A stretch of DNA of 64,000 bases. Source: Takakia lepidozioides (Eukaryota; Plantae; Bryophyta). This document shows, piece by piece, positions 63,801 to 64,000 of the stretch; the stretch's first letter is position 1; each line of letters begins with the position of its first letter. The position numbers and the translations under genes were made by a program. The notes under the pieces are model-generated. The model had not been told where the DNA came from and searched no databases. It saw only the letters and a program-made list of their open reading frames with translations. The DNA lies in NCBI GenBank assembly GCA_030704615.1, contig CM060731.1, forward strand, positions 75,454,001 to 75,518,000, given 5' to 3'.

Positions 63801-64000
63801 TGCTCTTGAGAGCTATGTTTCACAGACAGATTTCACGAGGATTTGTGAGGTATGATGCTAGTCTTTTTTGGCTTCAATCCATGCACGTTTAAAGTAAATC
63901 ATAGTTGTTGAGTCTTTTGCAGTATGCTGATCGAAGTGTGTGTTTGTTGAAGAGCAGGTTCTCAAGATTTACAATTCTCTAGTCATACCTATGGGAGCAA
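60859..64000 (+). mobile_element. Plavaka-type transposase gene with multiple introns; 5' exon frameshifted; runs off the window
   Basis: HPDTGRWW..Q | PLILHSDQTTL..GYPLVMTIGN..LLAVLP..FHECL..LEPL | FPLLYAYICDHPE | CSMC | VDMLHQSDLGVF | FNLVKVHAMMHF..I..SG..YSSNMYEHLH..K.AYRGSNRK. Exons approximately 61598-61868, 61980-62069, 62156-62356, 62525-62821, 62909-63050, 63182-63487 and 63637-63849. Confidence 0.8.

Overview
Eukaryotic nuclear DNA with GT-AG introns, most consistent with a non-seed land plant (inferred from gene content and repeat types; the species cannot be fixed from this window). The first ~30 kb is gene space: a subfamily-I ethylene receptor (ETR1-like, 6 coding exons), tRNA-Gly(UCC), an unusual locus combining a ZF-HD-type zinc finger with a divergent ARID-like domain, a serine carboxypeptidase-like gene and an F-box/LRR gene, with tRNA-derived SINEs and hAT MITEs in between. 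The remainder is accessory and TE-rich. It contains an intron-containing gene whose N-terminus is a LINE-type APE endonuclease fused to ~400 aa I cannot assign (no RT); two hAT MITEs stacked in one 8-bp target site; a CACTA end; a SWIM-finger relic; and a GNA-type lectin. It also contains a patchwork of Ty3/gypsy and Ty1/copia relics carrying captured fragments (a ROCK1-like exon, a PPR piece and an intron-containing bacterial-type N4C/N6A DNA methyltransferase piece), an intronless repeat-rich protein and an intron-rich Plavaka-type transposase running off the end. All domain calls come from reading motifs by eye; no searches were run.
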